A stretch of DNA of 63,321 nt, the filler included, from Folioceros fuciformis (taxonomy: Eukaryota), in assembly GCA_049999805.1 (NCBI GenBank). It is 7 parts of 7 records of this genome, joined end to end, with 100 filler letters (N's around TTAATTAATTAA, not from the genome) between each part and the next. Parts side by side here need not be neighbours in the genome. Positions count along the whole stretch, not along the records: positions 1 to 8,724 come from JBNGIO010004615.1; positions 8,825 to 16,860 come from JBNGIO010004616.1; 5 more parts are not named here. One strand, 5' to 3'. Positions within the stretch are counted from its first letter, which is position 1; each line of letters starts with the position of its first letter. Below the pieces are notes generated by a model. It made no database searches, was not told the DNA's origin, and saw only the letters and a program-made list of their open reading frames with translations. Below are positions 1 through 14,800 of this stretch, one piece after another. A program made the position numbers and the translations under genes.

Positions 1-433
1 GGTATAAGGAGATCACATTTAGAGAGGGTTGACTGTACAAATGACAGGGCGGTGCCGTGTTGCGCGTTCGACGGGTCAGTCACGTGAAGATTTCTCACTG
101 GCCGGCAAGTCCGGCCGTAGACTATTCGTCCTCCAAGGAATATGGTCCGATAGGCACTCACCCGTCCTGGAAAACATAGAAGCCGAACGATATTTCGGGA
201 GATACAGCTTCGGTGACAAAAGTTTGTATACTCCCTACCAAAGGGGAGTCGTCTCAGAACCACTACAAAACTGCCACGTGAAGTTTTCAAGTTCTTGTAT
301 AGAACTCGGCCTCCCATAGATTGGAAGTCGCGCATGAAACCACGATACTTTCAATTTTCCAAACACCAGAGACGAGGTTACGAAGTGTGTGAGTTTTCGA
401 ACAAGACAGACGTGAGAGGTAATCAGGCTGACG

Positions 434-3400
434 CTATGTTGTACTAATAAACCTCCGAGGATTTTGCCAACTACAACCTACTGCCCAATCCAACACACCT
501 TCGATTTTATCAACACTGGAACATGCATCCACCTGCACACGAGAGCCCAGTTAGTGGAGGAGCAACCGGATGGCGAGGTACGCGACCCATTGGCCTCCCA
601 CACACGTATTAAAACACAACGGCAGCCTCCGGGATTTGTCCTTACGACATTGACAGAAGTTGACTCACCAGATGTTCGTCAGTAGCTTCTATGTGGAACA
701 GCATGATTCCAATGCCACGCAGTCTATCGGTCTCCGCCTGCAACATGGAAAGCACAAACATGAGACGAATAACTGTGACCATGCCGATCCTTGCGAGGCC
801 AAACGTGGTCCAGACTTACTGCACAAGCACAAATCAGAATGCCGGCAGCTCCAAGCACAGCTGTCACTTCCGCCAACATGCCTGCAAAAGACCAAGAAAA
901 TCAATACGTGAAGTCGGGCTCCCGATTGTCAAGAACTTGTTGTGTCACCGACATGCGATGCAGCTTACTCTTGCGATCCATGCAGCAAATACTGAACCAG
1001 TGTACCGAAAAGAGAGTCCCGGACCCCTCCCACATCGCAATTCTCCCACTTCTCCAAAGATCTATGCTCGATTTTGCATTATCATCCACCTTAACCACAT
1101 TCTTTGTGGCATCATGAAATTCAGCCTTGCTTTGCAGCAATTTGCCTGGCCCTGAGCACAGCTTAACTGCCCGCTGTTCGGCAGCTTTGTTGCTACTGCC
1201 ATTCACATATGTAATAGGGTTCCCAGTCTCCGCACCCTGTGCTCCAGTGGCATTTGACCGATAATAGGTTGGGACGGGAAATTTCTTGTAGATCTCCTCG
1301 CCAAACAAAATGGCTGTTGACCTTAGCATAGGACTTGTCAACCAAACATTGGGAGCTTGCTGAGTAACTTCAGCGTCAGGAGGTCCCTGTTCTTCGATGT
1401 CAGATACAAAAGCTTTAACTGATTCCGCTGTTATCTCATCAGCAACCAGGGCCGCTTGCTCCCTCAAGAACTGCAAGATATTGAAAGTAGTGCAATTTCA
1501 GACAGCTGAAACATTTTCCGCATAAGGGTCGCTAAACGTTCGAAAGCTCAGTCTCGAACCTTCGTCAACTTATGCCGAGCACTTCTTGTCTTCGCAAATT
1601 CCAGCCACTGACGATGGAGCTGAAACATTCTCTTGGTAGAAACACCCTGCCCAACTCCAATCTCAGAAGAGAAAGTCCAAACAGATCACTCTAACTACCA
1701 AAGGATCTGCATGGCCTACTTCCTGATCATGCAAATTAAACTTGCCAAGATCTGCATGTGTAAACTCGTAGTAGAAGCTAATCCGTTAGTCCCTTACATC
1801 ATACGTTACGATCTCCACAACTTCAGCATTCGCTAGTGTATGAGTTGGAGAAACCAAATGGCCGTTGACCTGTAGGCACAAGAGAAATGTCACATGTGAA
1901 ACAAGGATACAGGGAGAAGCAGACAGAGGTAAACACTAAGTGACGAGAAGCTTATTAGCCACCTTTGCAGCTATCATGCGATTTCCAACATCTGTATGTA
2001 TTTGATAGGCATAGTCCACGACAGTCGCTCCCTTTGGAAGATTTTTCACCTGCCAAGATCATGGAGCTCAAGTCACCACAAACACCTCTGCGACCAGGCG
2101 TCGCAACTTCCGATTTCAAATTAATTCAAAAGGAAACAAGTAGAGCATACGTAAGGATGGCCCGCACCTCCCCTTTTGGAGTGAACACGAAGACCCGGCT
2201 CCCAAGGAGATCGCCAGTGATGGTGTCAACAAATTCACGTGAGGTCATGTTGCCGACAAACTCCTCTTGCCATTCTCGAATAGAGTTCAGCCAGCTCACC
2301 TGAACGATCACATAATTTATTCACAGTCAATTCAACACTATCCTGACTGATGGCCCCTGAAATTGACCGCAGAGACTTACACACACAGAACCGTCAAGGT
2401 AAACAATCAGGTGGCCATGCATTTAGGTGGTGTGTGGAACTCTGCCGCCAGGTTGCTTACCCTGCGAGCTATGTCAGCATCATTCAAAAAGCTGCTACTG
2501 CCTCTCCTTGTTGAAGGTCTGGCGGTTACAGTATTCCCGGTGGCAGGCCCATTGATTACAGACCCTGCATTCCTCTGGTACATGCCTGAATCACAAGGCT
2601 CCACCCACTTGCCACTATGCAGTGCCGCGATGCCCCATTCTGCAAGTTTATCCATTTCTTCAGTACGAATCTGCAGAATAATAACATAGTCAGTATACGA
2701 AAAACATGTACATCCAACCATTTCTTCAGCAGCAATAGAGTTACGTGTACCTGAATTTCTAATGGAAAGAATGTTTTTGAGCCAAAAGGTATGACAGTCG
2801 TGTGAAGACTCTGATATCCATTAGGCTTCGGTGTTGCTATGTAGTCCTTCATCTGTGGATGACAGATACTAAGGCATTTAAAAGAGGGTCTTCCTTCCAT
2901 GGAATTGTCTTTCAACAGTTCACAGAAGCTGCAACTGAGCTGTGTGTCCAGTTCTTTGTCCTTACAGTTTGAGGTACAGGCGGCCACATAGCATGTACCA
3001 ACCCCAGCAAGTGGTAACACACCTTCATCGTGGAAATTTTCACAAATTAGAGACAAGCAAAAGCTTCAACCCTGCTGTCAATTGGATCCGTGCAGACATG
3101 TATAACAAGATTGCTGCAGAAGAATTCAGGACCAGCCAAGTACCTGTTGAGAAGTACAGAGAGGACCCACCGCAGTTCCCGGTTTCATGATCAAAATCAT
3201 CCGTAGCTGATCAGGAGACAAACAACAAAGTCAACCTACCACCCGGGCAATAACTTTTAGAACTGGGCAACTTACTCAACGGGGAAAGACCTGCAGGAAG
3301 ACTCACCTGTGCAATATCTCGTATCTCATCCACCGAACACTTGCTTTCTTGCATCTTCTTGTAAATACTGCAAAAACAAAAAAGCCAGCAATCATGTATC

Positions 3401-5863
3401 CGACACGTACCTGACACACACTCTAAAAGCCTTTGCCAAATCACCCTCCATCCCATCCTTTACAGAGGTACCACCCCTTCACGCACAAACCTGTATAACT
3501 CTTTGCAGGATGAAATAATCTTCACTTCCGATGTCATGAAGCTTAGGAACTGATCTTTAGCAATTCTCCGCTGCAGTACCTTCTTAGCCTGCACGAATGA
3601 AAGTTCAGGGATACCAAATAGAAAAATATGCTGTCCTCACACCAACCACAAAAATGCTCCACACATAAAACCCAATGGGTTTTTTTGAATAACCTCAGAC
3701 ACAACTTCTTCTTGTTCTTTGCATAATGTATCCACACGCCATTTTAAATCACGATAGTCATCAGGGAATGCATACATGAAGGACAAATCCTCCAATTCAG
3801 ACTGCGCAAATGAAAGATACAGAAGATAAGTTCCAATAGGTAACAAATAGAACTACTTTGGAATGTACTCCACAGGTGTTAGAAGCATTTGCACACCTTG
3901 ATACGATGAATTCCTAACAGTCTGGCTAAAGGTGCGAAGACTTGCAGGGTCTCCATGGCAATATGGCGCTGCACAAGCACTGCGTTTGCTCAACAAACAG
4001 CAACCAATTAGACAACACTTGACATCAGACTGCTGCTAACCAGGATGAAATTCTATAGAACCTGTTTGTGTGGAGGCATGTGCTGTAATGTTCTCATATT
4101 ATGCAGCCTGTCGGCTAGTTTGACAATTATCACCCGAACCTGCATAATACAACGCAGGTCATTTCATCATGAGGAAATCACTTAGCTAAGTCCTGTGACT
4201 GCTTGCCTTACAAGTGATCGGTTAATGCAGCTGGAAGAGTTATGAAGTCTTGATTCCTACTGAGTAGGACCTACCTCTTCAGTCATCGCAAGAAACATCT
4301 GTCTCAAGTCATCAGCCTTGACGTCACGTGCTGCCGAGTCTGAATTTGGGCATTTCATCTTCCCAAGTTTAGACACCTGCAGCAAGACCATATCAAGAAA
4401 AGAACACAACTCACAATTCCCATGATCATCTTGGACCATACTTCACCACACACACCTTTGTTTCCCCCTCCACGATGCGTCGAACAACAGGTCCAAAGCG
4501 ATCTTCAATCATTTCAAAAGATACTAACGTTGTATCTTCTACAGTGTCGTGTAGAAGACCAGCAACTATAGTTTCCCAGTCCATTTCCTGAGAGCAAAGA
4601 AACATACATGTAAAGGCATATGCGGACAGGCTTTCTGATATTGGGAGACACAGGAAGGCCAGAGAGCGCATATACATAGCAAGCTTGAACATTTGAAGAG
4701 ATTTGAATAACGCAGATGATAACTGTGAAAGAACGATCCCAAAATGCATTCCTTTCTACTAGAGAAATTGCCAAATGTAAAAGTACATGCCCAACATCAT
4801 GAAGTTTGCCATCAACCCACGACCATCGCTTGGCCAACGGCATCCAGACTTCCTACCAGTTCCCCCAGTATTCGAGCAACTTCGACAGGGTGAATGATGT
4901 AAGGCTCCCCACTTTTACGCTTTTGACCATCATGAGCTTGAAATGCGAGCTGGAAGCACAAAGAAATTTCGTCAGTGCAGAACAGCCCCAGAAAACACAA
5001 ACAAATGCAGGTGACGCTGCTTGGACAAGAAAAACAGCAAACAGTGAGACGTGAGTCACTATTGAAGGTGGAGCTACCTTCAACGCATCCTTCACCATTC
5101 CAAGCTGAGCAAGAGAGAGATAACTGACTGCTGGATGCAGGTCCTGCACGATGAAAAGTACGATGGTCATAACAGTAGATTGAGTGGCGCGTCAGAAACG
5201 ACCGAGGACGGGCATGAAGACACATACAGCGTGTTGAGAAGAATTCTTGATACAAATTCTACTATGATTATTTGAGCACCCTTACCTTCCACAGGAAAGT
5301 GGGGGTAATGTGGCTATAATNNNNNNNNNNNNNNNNNNNNNNNNNNNNNNNNNNNNNNNNNNNNNNNNNNNNNNNNNNNNNNNNNNNNNNNNNNNNNNNN
5401 NNNNNNNNNNNNNNNNNNNNGCTATAATCCTCAGGTGCAGCTTGGCTACCTTGCACTCCACACCCCGCCCGACTGCCTCTCCTGCTCCTGGATCTCGTGC
5501 CCCCAATTTTTTTATAAGGAGAGGTGCGTGGGCAGAAACCGGAATTGCATCCTCCGAAAGGAACCTGTTTGAAAGCAGAAAGCCCAAGGCGTTGGTTACC
5601 ATGAGCCACCAGTGGCTTTCACAATGCGGCGCAATGGGCAGTGAGCTTACATCTTCATCCTGAAACATCTCACTGCTAGACGCCCTGTGGCTGTACTTCT
5701 GCCATCGCCTGGCCTTGGAGATGGCGGGCTGCGTTGTGCTGGCAAGAAATCCACTCAACACTCGTGGAGACTTCCAGGCACAAGTCGTGTGACTACACTC
5801 GCTGTTGGGCAAGAGGGGCTGGATGAATTTCCAACCCCCCAACGTCTCCATGCGCGCTGCCAA
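434..5863 (-). CDS. RSH1: RelA/SpoT homologue, RSH1 class ((p)ppGpp hydrolase/synthetase), multi-exon; extreme 5' end uncertain because of gaps
   Basis: Spliced exons give the HD domain ([27 protein letters not shown] / [46 protein letters not shown]), the SYNTH region ([23 protein letters not shown]), TGS ([32 protein letters not shown]) and ACT ([10 protein letters not shown]...[11 protein letters not shown]). Stop codon at 436-434; the introns checked are GT-AG. Confidence 0.93.
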
Positions 5864-8303
5864 GCACGCANNNNNNNNNNNNNNNNNNNNNNNNNNNNNN
5901 NNNNNNNNNNNNNNNNNNNNNNNNNNNNNNNNNNNNNNNNNNNNNNNNNNNNNNNNNNNNNNNNNNNNNNGATCCAGCTCAGCTCACGACTGACCTGGTG
6001 CTGCGGGCATAAGGTCCTGGTTTCAGGGTGCAGGCAGAGAGGCCAGGTCGGGGAGCGAGCTGCCCGTAGCTTCTAGCATCGTAGCTCCTCAGCTAGCCCA
6101 TCCCAGTTCCAGGCGAGGCGAGGAGGGCCGATGCGATGCGCACTGCAATTCAGGGCCCCCGTTCCCCGATGACAAGCGAACAATTTCGTCTAGCCCAAGC
6201 TGCTGCGCACTGGCCCGTGCCCGTGCCAGTACTCTTCCCCTTGCCCTTGCCCTGCTCCTGCCGCTACTGCAATGAGACCCCCGCCCCGCTGTGGCTGTAT
6301 GCAAATGATGGAAGGTAGAGTGAGTGAGATCCCAATTGTTGCTGTTGCTGTTGCTGTAGCTGAGGCTGCTGCTGTTGCTTCTGCTGCTGCACAAGTCGAG
6401 GTTGATGGGCCGGTACGGTAGGGAACATGCAGGAAATGAAAGTGAGCGTCAGCGTCATTCGAAGTCCAGGTGCCGGTGAAGACGATCGGACCATCCGTCT
6501 GCGGCAGCTCTGCCCAGTTGCAGCATTCGAAGATATTCCTCCGCCAGGCCAGGCCAGACCGGGTCGGGTCGGGCCCAAGGGAGACAAATCGGCACCGCGA
6601 TTTGGGCCACCCGTGGATAACGNNNNNNNNNNNNNNNNNNNNNNNNNNNNNNNNNNNNNNNNNNNNNNNNNNNNNNNNNNNNNNNNNNNNNNNNNNNNNN
6701 NNNNNNNNNNNNNNNNNNNNNNAGGTAGGAGCCGCAACGTTTTCTACGAGCCTGCCTAGTATCTCGACCTTCCACCGTGTCTTCTGATGAACTCTCGCCA
6801 ATCCTCCCTCATGCGCACAGGCAGTACATGTCTTCGTAGCTTAATAAAATGTACATATTACTAATATAGGTCCAAAAATATAACAATTAGATACATAAGT
6901 GAAGATTAGTACGATTATTGAGTCTGATTTTGGTTGTTCTTTTAGACGGCCGTATCTCAGCAGCTTTCAGCTTTCATTTTCAATATCCGTATACAAAAAC
7001 TGAGTTATTACACTTGCTGAATAATCGAAGTCAGATTGATATGTATAATATGTACATCAACCAACAAGGATATGTACCAAACCAAGACGAATTTCAATCC
7101 ATATCTGTTTTAGGAGTTTTGACATGAACAACCACTTAGTACCCTTGGCCTAGTGCTTTATCACATATCACTCCCCCTTATTATGGATGGATACAATTTC
7201 CTATGTTTTTTTTTTCAAAAGATTCTTGAGTTTGACATTGTCCTTCTACTAGAGGACATAGCCTCTTGATAATTAATAATTATCAAGATATATAAAAAAA
7301 AAATCCAAGAAGTATTCATGTTGAATAATTCAAAGTATTATGATCAAGGTTTTTGTAATGAGAAATATTTTTTATATTTTTTTAAATAAAAAATAATAAT
7401 AATTGAAGCTTGAGAGATAATTCGTTTTTTCTAGTGTTGTGAATATTTTTTTATTCATCACAATATAATTTTTAAGTCATGTCTCGTCACTTTTGAAGTG
7501 CATACCGTCTCACATAGTCAACTTATCTATGTCTAACCATTTTATTTCTTTCTATCATAATTTTTAACTCTCATTTAACATATAATATAAATTATCTTTC
7601 TCATCACAAAAAAAATTGCTTGGTGTTTCTTATGATCTTGAGAAAGAGCATACGTGAAAAAGAAGGAGGTGAAGCCACAAACATCTTGGTTGAGGTAGTT
7701 GCATTCCCTTGTCATGAAGGGTACTTCACCTAATGTTATTTTGTTTGTTTCCTCGAATCTAACAACCCACACATACATTAAGGTACAGGCAATAGGAAAG
7801 TTTTTCATCACAAGCACAATAGAGGTATGAGGAAAGCTTCACATGGATACTTTTAGAGATCAACTCCCTACATCCACTTTATTGTTGGGCAACTTCACCT
7901 CCAATGTTTTAAGACAATGTTGTCTTGATCCATCCTTGAGACAGTTTCATATGATATGGAGATTGTTGACACTACTTTCTCTCTATGAGATTGCCACTTG
8001 ATTTGGACCTTGCGTAGTTCTATGGTAAGCTTATGAGGCCTAGGGGAATTGAAGAAGAAAACAAAATGTATAGTCCTAGAGGAATATAAGAAGAAAAAGA
8101 AGGGTATAGCCCTAGGGAATAGAAAAAAAAGAAGGTCTAAACAATACTCTACGGATGGATTTCCATCGAGGACTCAATACTTAGCAACTTGTATTATGGT
8201 GAACCTAGCTACTTGCACCAAAGGCATCCTTCCCTTTAGACACTTCATCTAAGCTAATACAAGTGTAGGATGCTTATGAAAATATCTGATGAAGCCTCCG
8301 ATC

Positions 8304-8410
8304 ACTGTAACCTAAGAGACTAGGTAACACTACCTCCTATGACTGTAACCTAAGAGACTGGATACCACTACCTCACATCACTGTAATCTAAGAGACTGGG
8401 TAGCACTAAC
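8304..8410. repeat. 38-bp tandem repeat, about 3 diverged copies
   Basis: Unit ACTGTAACCTAAGAGACT(A/G)G...CACTAC starts at 8304, 8342 and 8380. Confidence 0.85.
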
Positions 8411-8724
8411 GTTTCTGCAGCTGGGATCATTGCACTCTACAATGTTGGAATGGAATTTTTTTTTTTTTTAAGTTGGACCGTTCTTGTCACCGTGGAGTGG
8501 AGAAAGTGGTAGACAGGGTCATGTGTAATAAGAAAAGCTCAGGGTAGCTGCAGCTGGTCAGGACGAACCTTGCTCGAAACGGAACGAAGGCCAAAATCTG
8601 ATATGATTTGGTCAATCTGATTGTCTGCCAGCAAAAAGTATGACAAGGGAATGTTCTTGTTCAGCTAACTATGCAGACCCGTCGGCAGAACGAAGCAACG
8701 CCTTCGCAGCAAGAGCATTTTATT

Positions 8725-8824
8725 NNNNNNNNNNNNNNNNNNNNNNNNNNNNNNNNNNNNNNNNNNNNTTAATTAATTAANNNNNNNNNNNNNNNNNNNN
8801 NNNNNNNNNNNNNNNNNNNNNNNN
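8725..8824. other. Assembly gap with artificial linker (same at 16861, 24965, 36551, 43714 and 55989; plain 100-N gaps at 5321, 5871 and 6623)
   Basis: N44-TTAATTAATTAA-N44. The linker puts stop codons in all six frames and is identical at every such gap. Confidence 0.95.
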
Positions 8825-9557
8825 GTATCACTTCATTCGAGAGGTGTTGGAAGACAAGAGGGTACAGCTTGTCAAAGTTCACACCAGTCAGAACCCTGCA
8901 GATGTTCTTACCAAGGGGCTCTCTATGGAGCAATTCGCACAAGCTCGGACACTCATGGGCATGAGCTAGACCACTCTCTTATGAAGGTAAATTGGCCTTT
9001 AAGTGGGAGGTTGTAGGGTTATTAAAGCCCAATGTGCTTAGGCTAATGTGTTTAGTCTAAGATTAGTGTCTAGTTAATGTGCTTAGACTAATGTGTTTAG
9101 TCTAAGATTAGTGTCTAGTTAAGTATCATTAGTTTAGATTAGCTTAAGCTAATCTGTAGGAAGCTTCTTGCGCAGCTTCCTGTGAGCTTCTTGTGAAGCT
9201 TCCTAGGGAGCTCTTCTAGAGGGTATAAATACCCCCTTGAGCTCCCTTGTCAACCACACTCTCAATATGACCTCTTTTTCTCCTCTCCTCTCTACCTCCT
9301 CTTCTCCTCTCCTCCACCATGCTCCTCTAGTAATCCTACATGAGGCGTCTTGCCAACTCTGCTCCTCTTTGATCGGATTCGCAGCAAAATTCGGCTATGA
9401 TAGCAAGTGTCACGCTCTCGATTCCTAGACCCAGCTAGATTTCTAGGGTCGGATCCAGAATTCGTGAAGGAGCCGTCTTAGATAGGCTGTCTTTAGGTTC
9501 AATGTCCAGGGCCTAAGAAGGCTGGTCTTGGTTCAGGCCAAGAAGGCCCAAACAACA
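8825..9557 (+). mobile_element. 3' end of a Ty1/Copia element: RNase H C-terminus, PPT and 3' LTR (9012-9557)
   Basis: YHFIREVLEDKRVQLVKVHTSQNPADVLTKGL...*. PPT AAGTGGGAGG at 9001-9010. LTR TGTAGGG...AACAACA with TATAAATA at ~9224 and an internal 45-bp tandem duplication at 9031-9120. Confidence 0.88.
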
Positions 9558-11871
9558 GACTCTAACTACTTCCTAAGGTAAATCGGCAAATATCCTAATT
9601 ATTCTAATTACCCTAGCTTAAGTAACGCTTTTAAATAGCTCATCTAAGTATACTTTATCTAACATGCCTTTTCTCATACCCGTTCAAGTTCACACCGTCA
9701 TAATTGGGAATTGGGATTTTTGTGGGTACCCTATCTGGTGCCTTAGACCTAGCAGGGTTCCAGCCGTCTATGCAGCGTCGTTCTACTTGCTGGTAATCGT
9801 CACGGGCGCTTCTGCTCTTGGCGATAGTAACAGGCGGGGAGTGCTTGTTGTGGTTTGCACTAGAGTTGCCTTGGACGTTCGATGGCAACCCCCCCCCCCC
9901 CTCACTTTAGAGTTGCCTTAGACATATGGTATGGTGGCACCTGATAGTAGATTGCTATTATGGTGGCCAAGAAGCTCACAAATTCACTAGTTAGCAATCT
10001 TAATAGATTTGTCCTTGGGGACGCTTAATTGTAGAGTTATGATGGCAACCAAGACAATGGATGGGGAGGGCAACTTTTGGGTAGGGGTAGGGTAGTGCCC
10101 ACCCCTAGGCTTTCCATACACCATGGTTCATGGAAAAAGAGGGCAAGAAGGCACCAACCCTCTTCTTAAGTAATGCATCTCATGTTAAAGGGCTCTTGTT
10201 CACAATTAACATGTAAAAGTTTGGAGTGCATGTAAAAGTTACCATCTATTGCTCTTAACATTGCGAGCATGGGATGTATCATAGATTCACAAGTTACAAC
10301 AAAAGGCTCTTTGCAGGCTTCTGCAATGATAGGCTAGTTGGTGCTCAATGTTCTTTAATTATATTTCAATCTGCAAAATGTTAAAAGACTTTCATTATTC
10401 TATGGCTCCATGGAATGGGTGACCATTGAACCATTTATTATGGGTGAGCCATGGAATATTGGCTTGAAGAACATTGGCAGTCTTCTTAGGGTGCTTCTTG
10501 CAACTTGAACTTTTGAGTAGTTTAGGCCTTTGCACCCTAGATGATTGAGGTTTTTGTGCCCTAGTTTTGATAGATATTCCCTACCACACTACAATGCTAC
10601 CTAATGTCTTCAGAAAGACATGTGATTAATCATCTCAAAGTATGTGGTTGCAAATGAGTATTGTTAATTATTTTATAGCACTATAATCTTCAAGACGTGA
10701 TTGAAGACTCCTAAGTTAAGATTTTTCTTTCATGATAAGTAGAGGTTTTCTAATGTTGCTTGGAGAGTGTGTGTTACCTTTCAAGCAGTTATGCAGAAAA
10801 GTGGTATACATTAATTTTAGTGAAACTTATTAATTAATATTTTTGTTTCCTTAGCAGAAAAGGATATGATTGGTACATCATGATTGATAGGACCTTTGAA
10901 TAGCCCATGATGATGGAATGTACTAGATGTTCTTGATTAACTAAATATATTTTTATTTAAAGTTAAAATTTTAATTTTTAATTGATATATATATATATAT
11001 ATACATGAATAGAGTATTATTATCACAATCCTGATTATTTTTCTCTCTATGAAGTACAATGATTTTCTAGCAGAAAAACTTATCATAAGTTCTTGTATGT
11101 GAGTTTGAATTACATACAGGTATATCTAACATATAAATGATCTTGCATCCAATTTATGACCTTGCATATAAACCAACATGTAACTTAAAAGTTATATATT
11201 GTTTATATTAAATTGAACCACCTTATTCTAAATGACTTTACATTGTGTTTGGTGAAACCACATTACTCCTCTTGAAAGCCTCATAGCTCTTTAACCTTAT
11301 CTTACAACTTCTATAAGTAAAAAATTACCACTGCAAAACCCTCTTATGTATCTTTGGTGTACAATATGTTTCTATATATCACTTCTATGGATATATGTAT
11401 AATGTTATGTATGTATATTCATAGTAAGGGAACTTCTTGAGTAAAATTAATTTCTAAATGAATCTTAATATGAGCACTACTTTTTATATTTGATTGGATT
11501 TAAAAATACTTTTTTTACATAAAAATATTGATATCACCAATTTATAGTCATCAAGTTTTGTTATAGGCACATACTAATTACAAAGCATAAACAATTGGCT
11601 CTGGATTCGGGTACGGGAGCACTCAGGAGGCTTACTTGTGAGCAGCTTGTAACTACGGACTGAGGTTTAGGTAGGAGCTATGGCGCGTATAGAGGGTGTA
11701 AACTATGTCTCTAATCTTGCTGGGTAAAACTTCGATGCGTTGCATTTAAGTTACAAACCACTGCATGCCAGGTACTCGGAAGCAACCTGAATAATTTGTC
11801 ATACCAACAAGCCTGTCTACTGGAAGACTAGTTATTAGTCTTATGGTAAGAAGTCCTGAAGGAACGAACTT

Positions 11872-14800
11872 CTACGACGTTTGAGGTGGTGGGGGAGCCA
11901 AGCCTAACCATGAGGCTTCAAATTGGCCCCCGAGTGTCTTGCTTAGCTCCACACCGTCAAGTGGGGAGGAGGTGCTGTCCCTGAACTTCCCAGCAACAAT
12001 ATGAGTACCTGCACCTGGAGACCGTAGCACTGGCATCTGCAACCTTCTTCCACACATGGTCATTGTTGACTTCGGGCTGCTAAGGTCAGCGGATGAAACA
12101 GGAAGTGTAACGAAGTTGGACGACTTCGCAGGAGGGCTCGAACAGGTGGCAGTCACGGATAAAGAAAGCTGCGTGGACAACTCTTTATCCTGCAAGATGA
12201 TTGTCCGCAGTTTTCCTGGACCTGAGCTCGTCTCACCAACTTTGCGCCTCTTCGCCGCAGGAAATACGTCGAGGCCCGGCGATGACAATGTATTTCCTTG
12301 TCTGCTGTTGTATGGATCATGGACCATGTTGCCATTGTGAATAGTTCCTGGGCTTTGTCCAGACTCGGCGTTGGATACTACCTGCAAATCCAATTGCAAG
12401 TTTCTTGCTAGTCTCTTCTCTAAGATGGCCGGATGAATTTCCACATCATTGCAATCCCGTTGTTTGGGCTCATTCGATGCAGATGCCATCCTTCTCGGCG
12501 TGAAATATAATTCAACCCTCCCTACGTCTGAACCTGTAACAGGAAACGCTTGACGGGGACCATCCACTAAAGGTTCTGAGTCCCCGAGAATGCTGACATC
12601 ATGCTCAGAGTTCTCTTGCTGGTGCTGGTGCTGATAGTCTGCCCGAAGAGTGGATCTCGCCTGTGATGGACTTAATTGGCTGTCTCCAAGCCCTTCATAA
12701 ATACTTGGCTGGTGTGACTCCAAGTGACTGTTATTCCCATTAGAGTATGTTTCCTGCAGGTTTACCTGATGCTGAAAGAGGTTACTCATATACTTTTTCG
12801 GGGGTAGTCTTAGCAGCATCTGAATACTCTCAGAACCAGGTGCCATAGAGGACCCAACAGCTGCTGGCAGCAGGGGCAACAGAAGATCTTGCATGTTAAA
12901 ACTTTCTGTCATGGCCACGGGTGCGCTAGAATTTGGCCAAGCAAAGCCACTCAAAGGTTTTTGGAGCTGTAACTCAACCTGCGCTTTCTGGACGACGTCC
13001 GAGTCCACCCGTACAAGTTCACCATGCGGGTCCGGGACAGACCTGCCATTCTTATCACAGGACGCTCTCGCTGTATCTGCACCCTCATTTCCGCTGCTCG
13101 TGCTTCCCGATCCAGAGCAGTATTTCGCTACGTTGGTTGGCTGGTTGAATGACGTCGAGATATAAAGTGCGTTAGCCGCCGGCACCTGGGGACAGGTGTC
13201 TTTCACCTGGCCGTACTTTTGATTCTGCTGCTTGAATCCCATAGCCTTCATGATGAATTGCATATCCTCCTATGTACACGAAATGGAGCTGTAAGATGCC
13301 AGAGAGAACATGCCAAGCAACTGAGCACGCGCATGCGTACGACATGTAGTTGCGGACGTACCTGTATTCGGTTCACGACCTTGCACATCAGTGATAGTTG
13401 AGCCTCCATATCGATCTTGGCTGCCTCCATTTGGTCAAACCGCATCTTCCACTCCTATTCCAACGGGAAAGCCGGATACTTCAGACAAGCATTGCGCGTC
13501 AGAGCGGAAGTGAGGCAACGTTGTTTTGAAGTGTGCTAGGTACCTCAGAAATGCTCTGGACTTGAGACCCAAATTTTTCTATATGCTCTTGGTCGCGTCT
13601 GTCTTGCTTACGAAATCTGTTTGCAGACACAGGAAACAACAGGATGAGATAAGTTGTCCAAGCATCAATACATAAAGTCGCTGCGGTGCAATTTTATCGA
13701 AAACACAGTCTCGTGTTTGGTTAAGGTGGTGGAGACTCCATATATACCCTCCCGTTTGACTTTGGCTCAAATCCTCATTCTGCTCCTCGAGCTGATCGAC
13801 TTCGTGCTGATCCGCATCCGCGTTCGACTGCAAGAAGTAGCCCCAATTAGAAACTTTCAGACAAAGCGGAGATTCGGTTAGTGACCTCTATGTGCTGCAG
13901 TGTCTGTAGACGCACAGAAACAGGTTACCAGGTATCTGGAGAACAAGATAGTGCAACAGTTCTGAGACAAACGAGTTTAGTTAGCGTATATATTGTATAC
14001 AGATTTCCTTCACAAATAACCAACCCCTTTAGACCTTTCAATATAGCAATGGGTAAGGGGTTCCAGCGAGCAGTTATTACTTTACGGAGGGAAGCAGACT
14101 GGTGACTCAGGATCCGGTTCTCAAATTCCCTGCGAATCAGCCTCATTTCTAATTCCATTTTCTGCAGAAGAGTTTTTGACAACATTTCGCTTTCATGAGA
14201 GGCTGAATTAAAGCTGAAGACTTCACAAAGACGTCGGATTCAAATCCATTCGCACAATACACTCAAACATGCACGACGAAGAATAAGTAGTTTATTACTA
14301 AGTGAGTAATAAACTAGTTACAGGTCTGTTTCACTGGATGTGGGATCTCCAATAAGGCTCTTCGAACCTAGCTAGTTTCGAGCGAAGTACGTTTTTCAGT
14401 GTGCAGGTATGTATTCTTACCTCGAACTTCTCCTTCATGTCCGGTTTAAACTCCGTTTGCGCACCTTCAACCGGGCCCTTCGTATATTCTGGTAGCTCTT
14501 GGGCGCTAGCAGTCTTTGCAGTCACCTTTTTGGTAAGGTCTTTCACTTGGACAGAGAGGGATTTCATCTCACTGTTCATGCCGTAGAACATAGGAATTAG
14601 ATATCCGAAGATTTGACGTCGTCTGCACTTTAAGACTCCCATGAAACATGAGATTCAAGTTTGCAGATGAAAGATTGCATGAAGTCACAGAGATGCACGA
14701 TGCACAAGTTAGGAATTCATCTGACCTCCGCATTTTGGAAACCATTTCTTGAAGGCGCTTCATCTCCGCAGCTTCCGTGGCAGACATCCCTTGGGTATAG

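Noticed and set aside
434-5863. RelA/SpoT gene as evidence of recent bacterial HGT or contamination
   Set aside because: It has many spliceosomal introns and matches the ordinary plant plastid RSH1 class.
8304-8410. 38-bp repeat that superficially resembles a CRISPR array
   Set aside because: The units abut with no unique spacers, the context is eukaryotic and there are no cas genes; it is an ordinary minisatellite.
8769-8780. Recurrent palindromic TTAATTAATTAA inside N runs
   Set aside because: Scaffolding linker with six-frame stops, always centred in a 100-bp gap; not biological.
9950-11600. AT-rich block (also ~7150-8250 and ~51750-52400)
   Set aside because: Probably highly decayed repeats; no termini or domains could be supported from the sequence.
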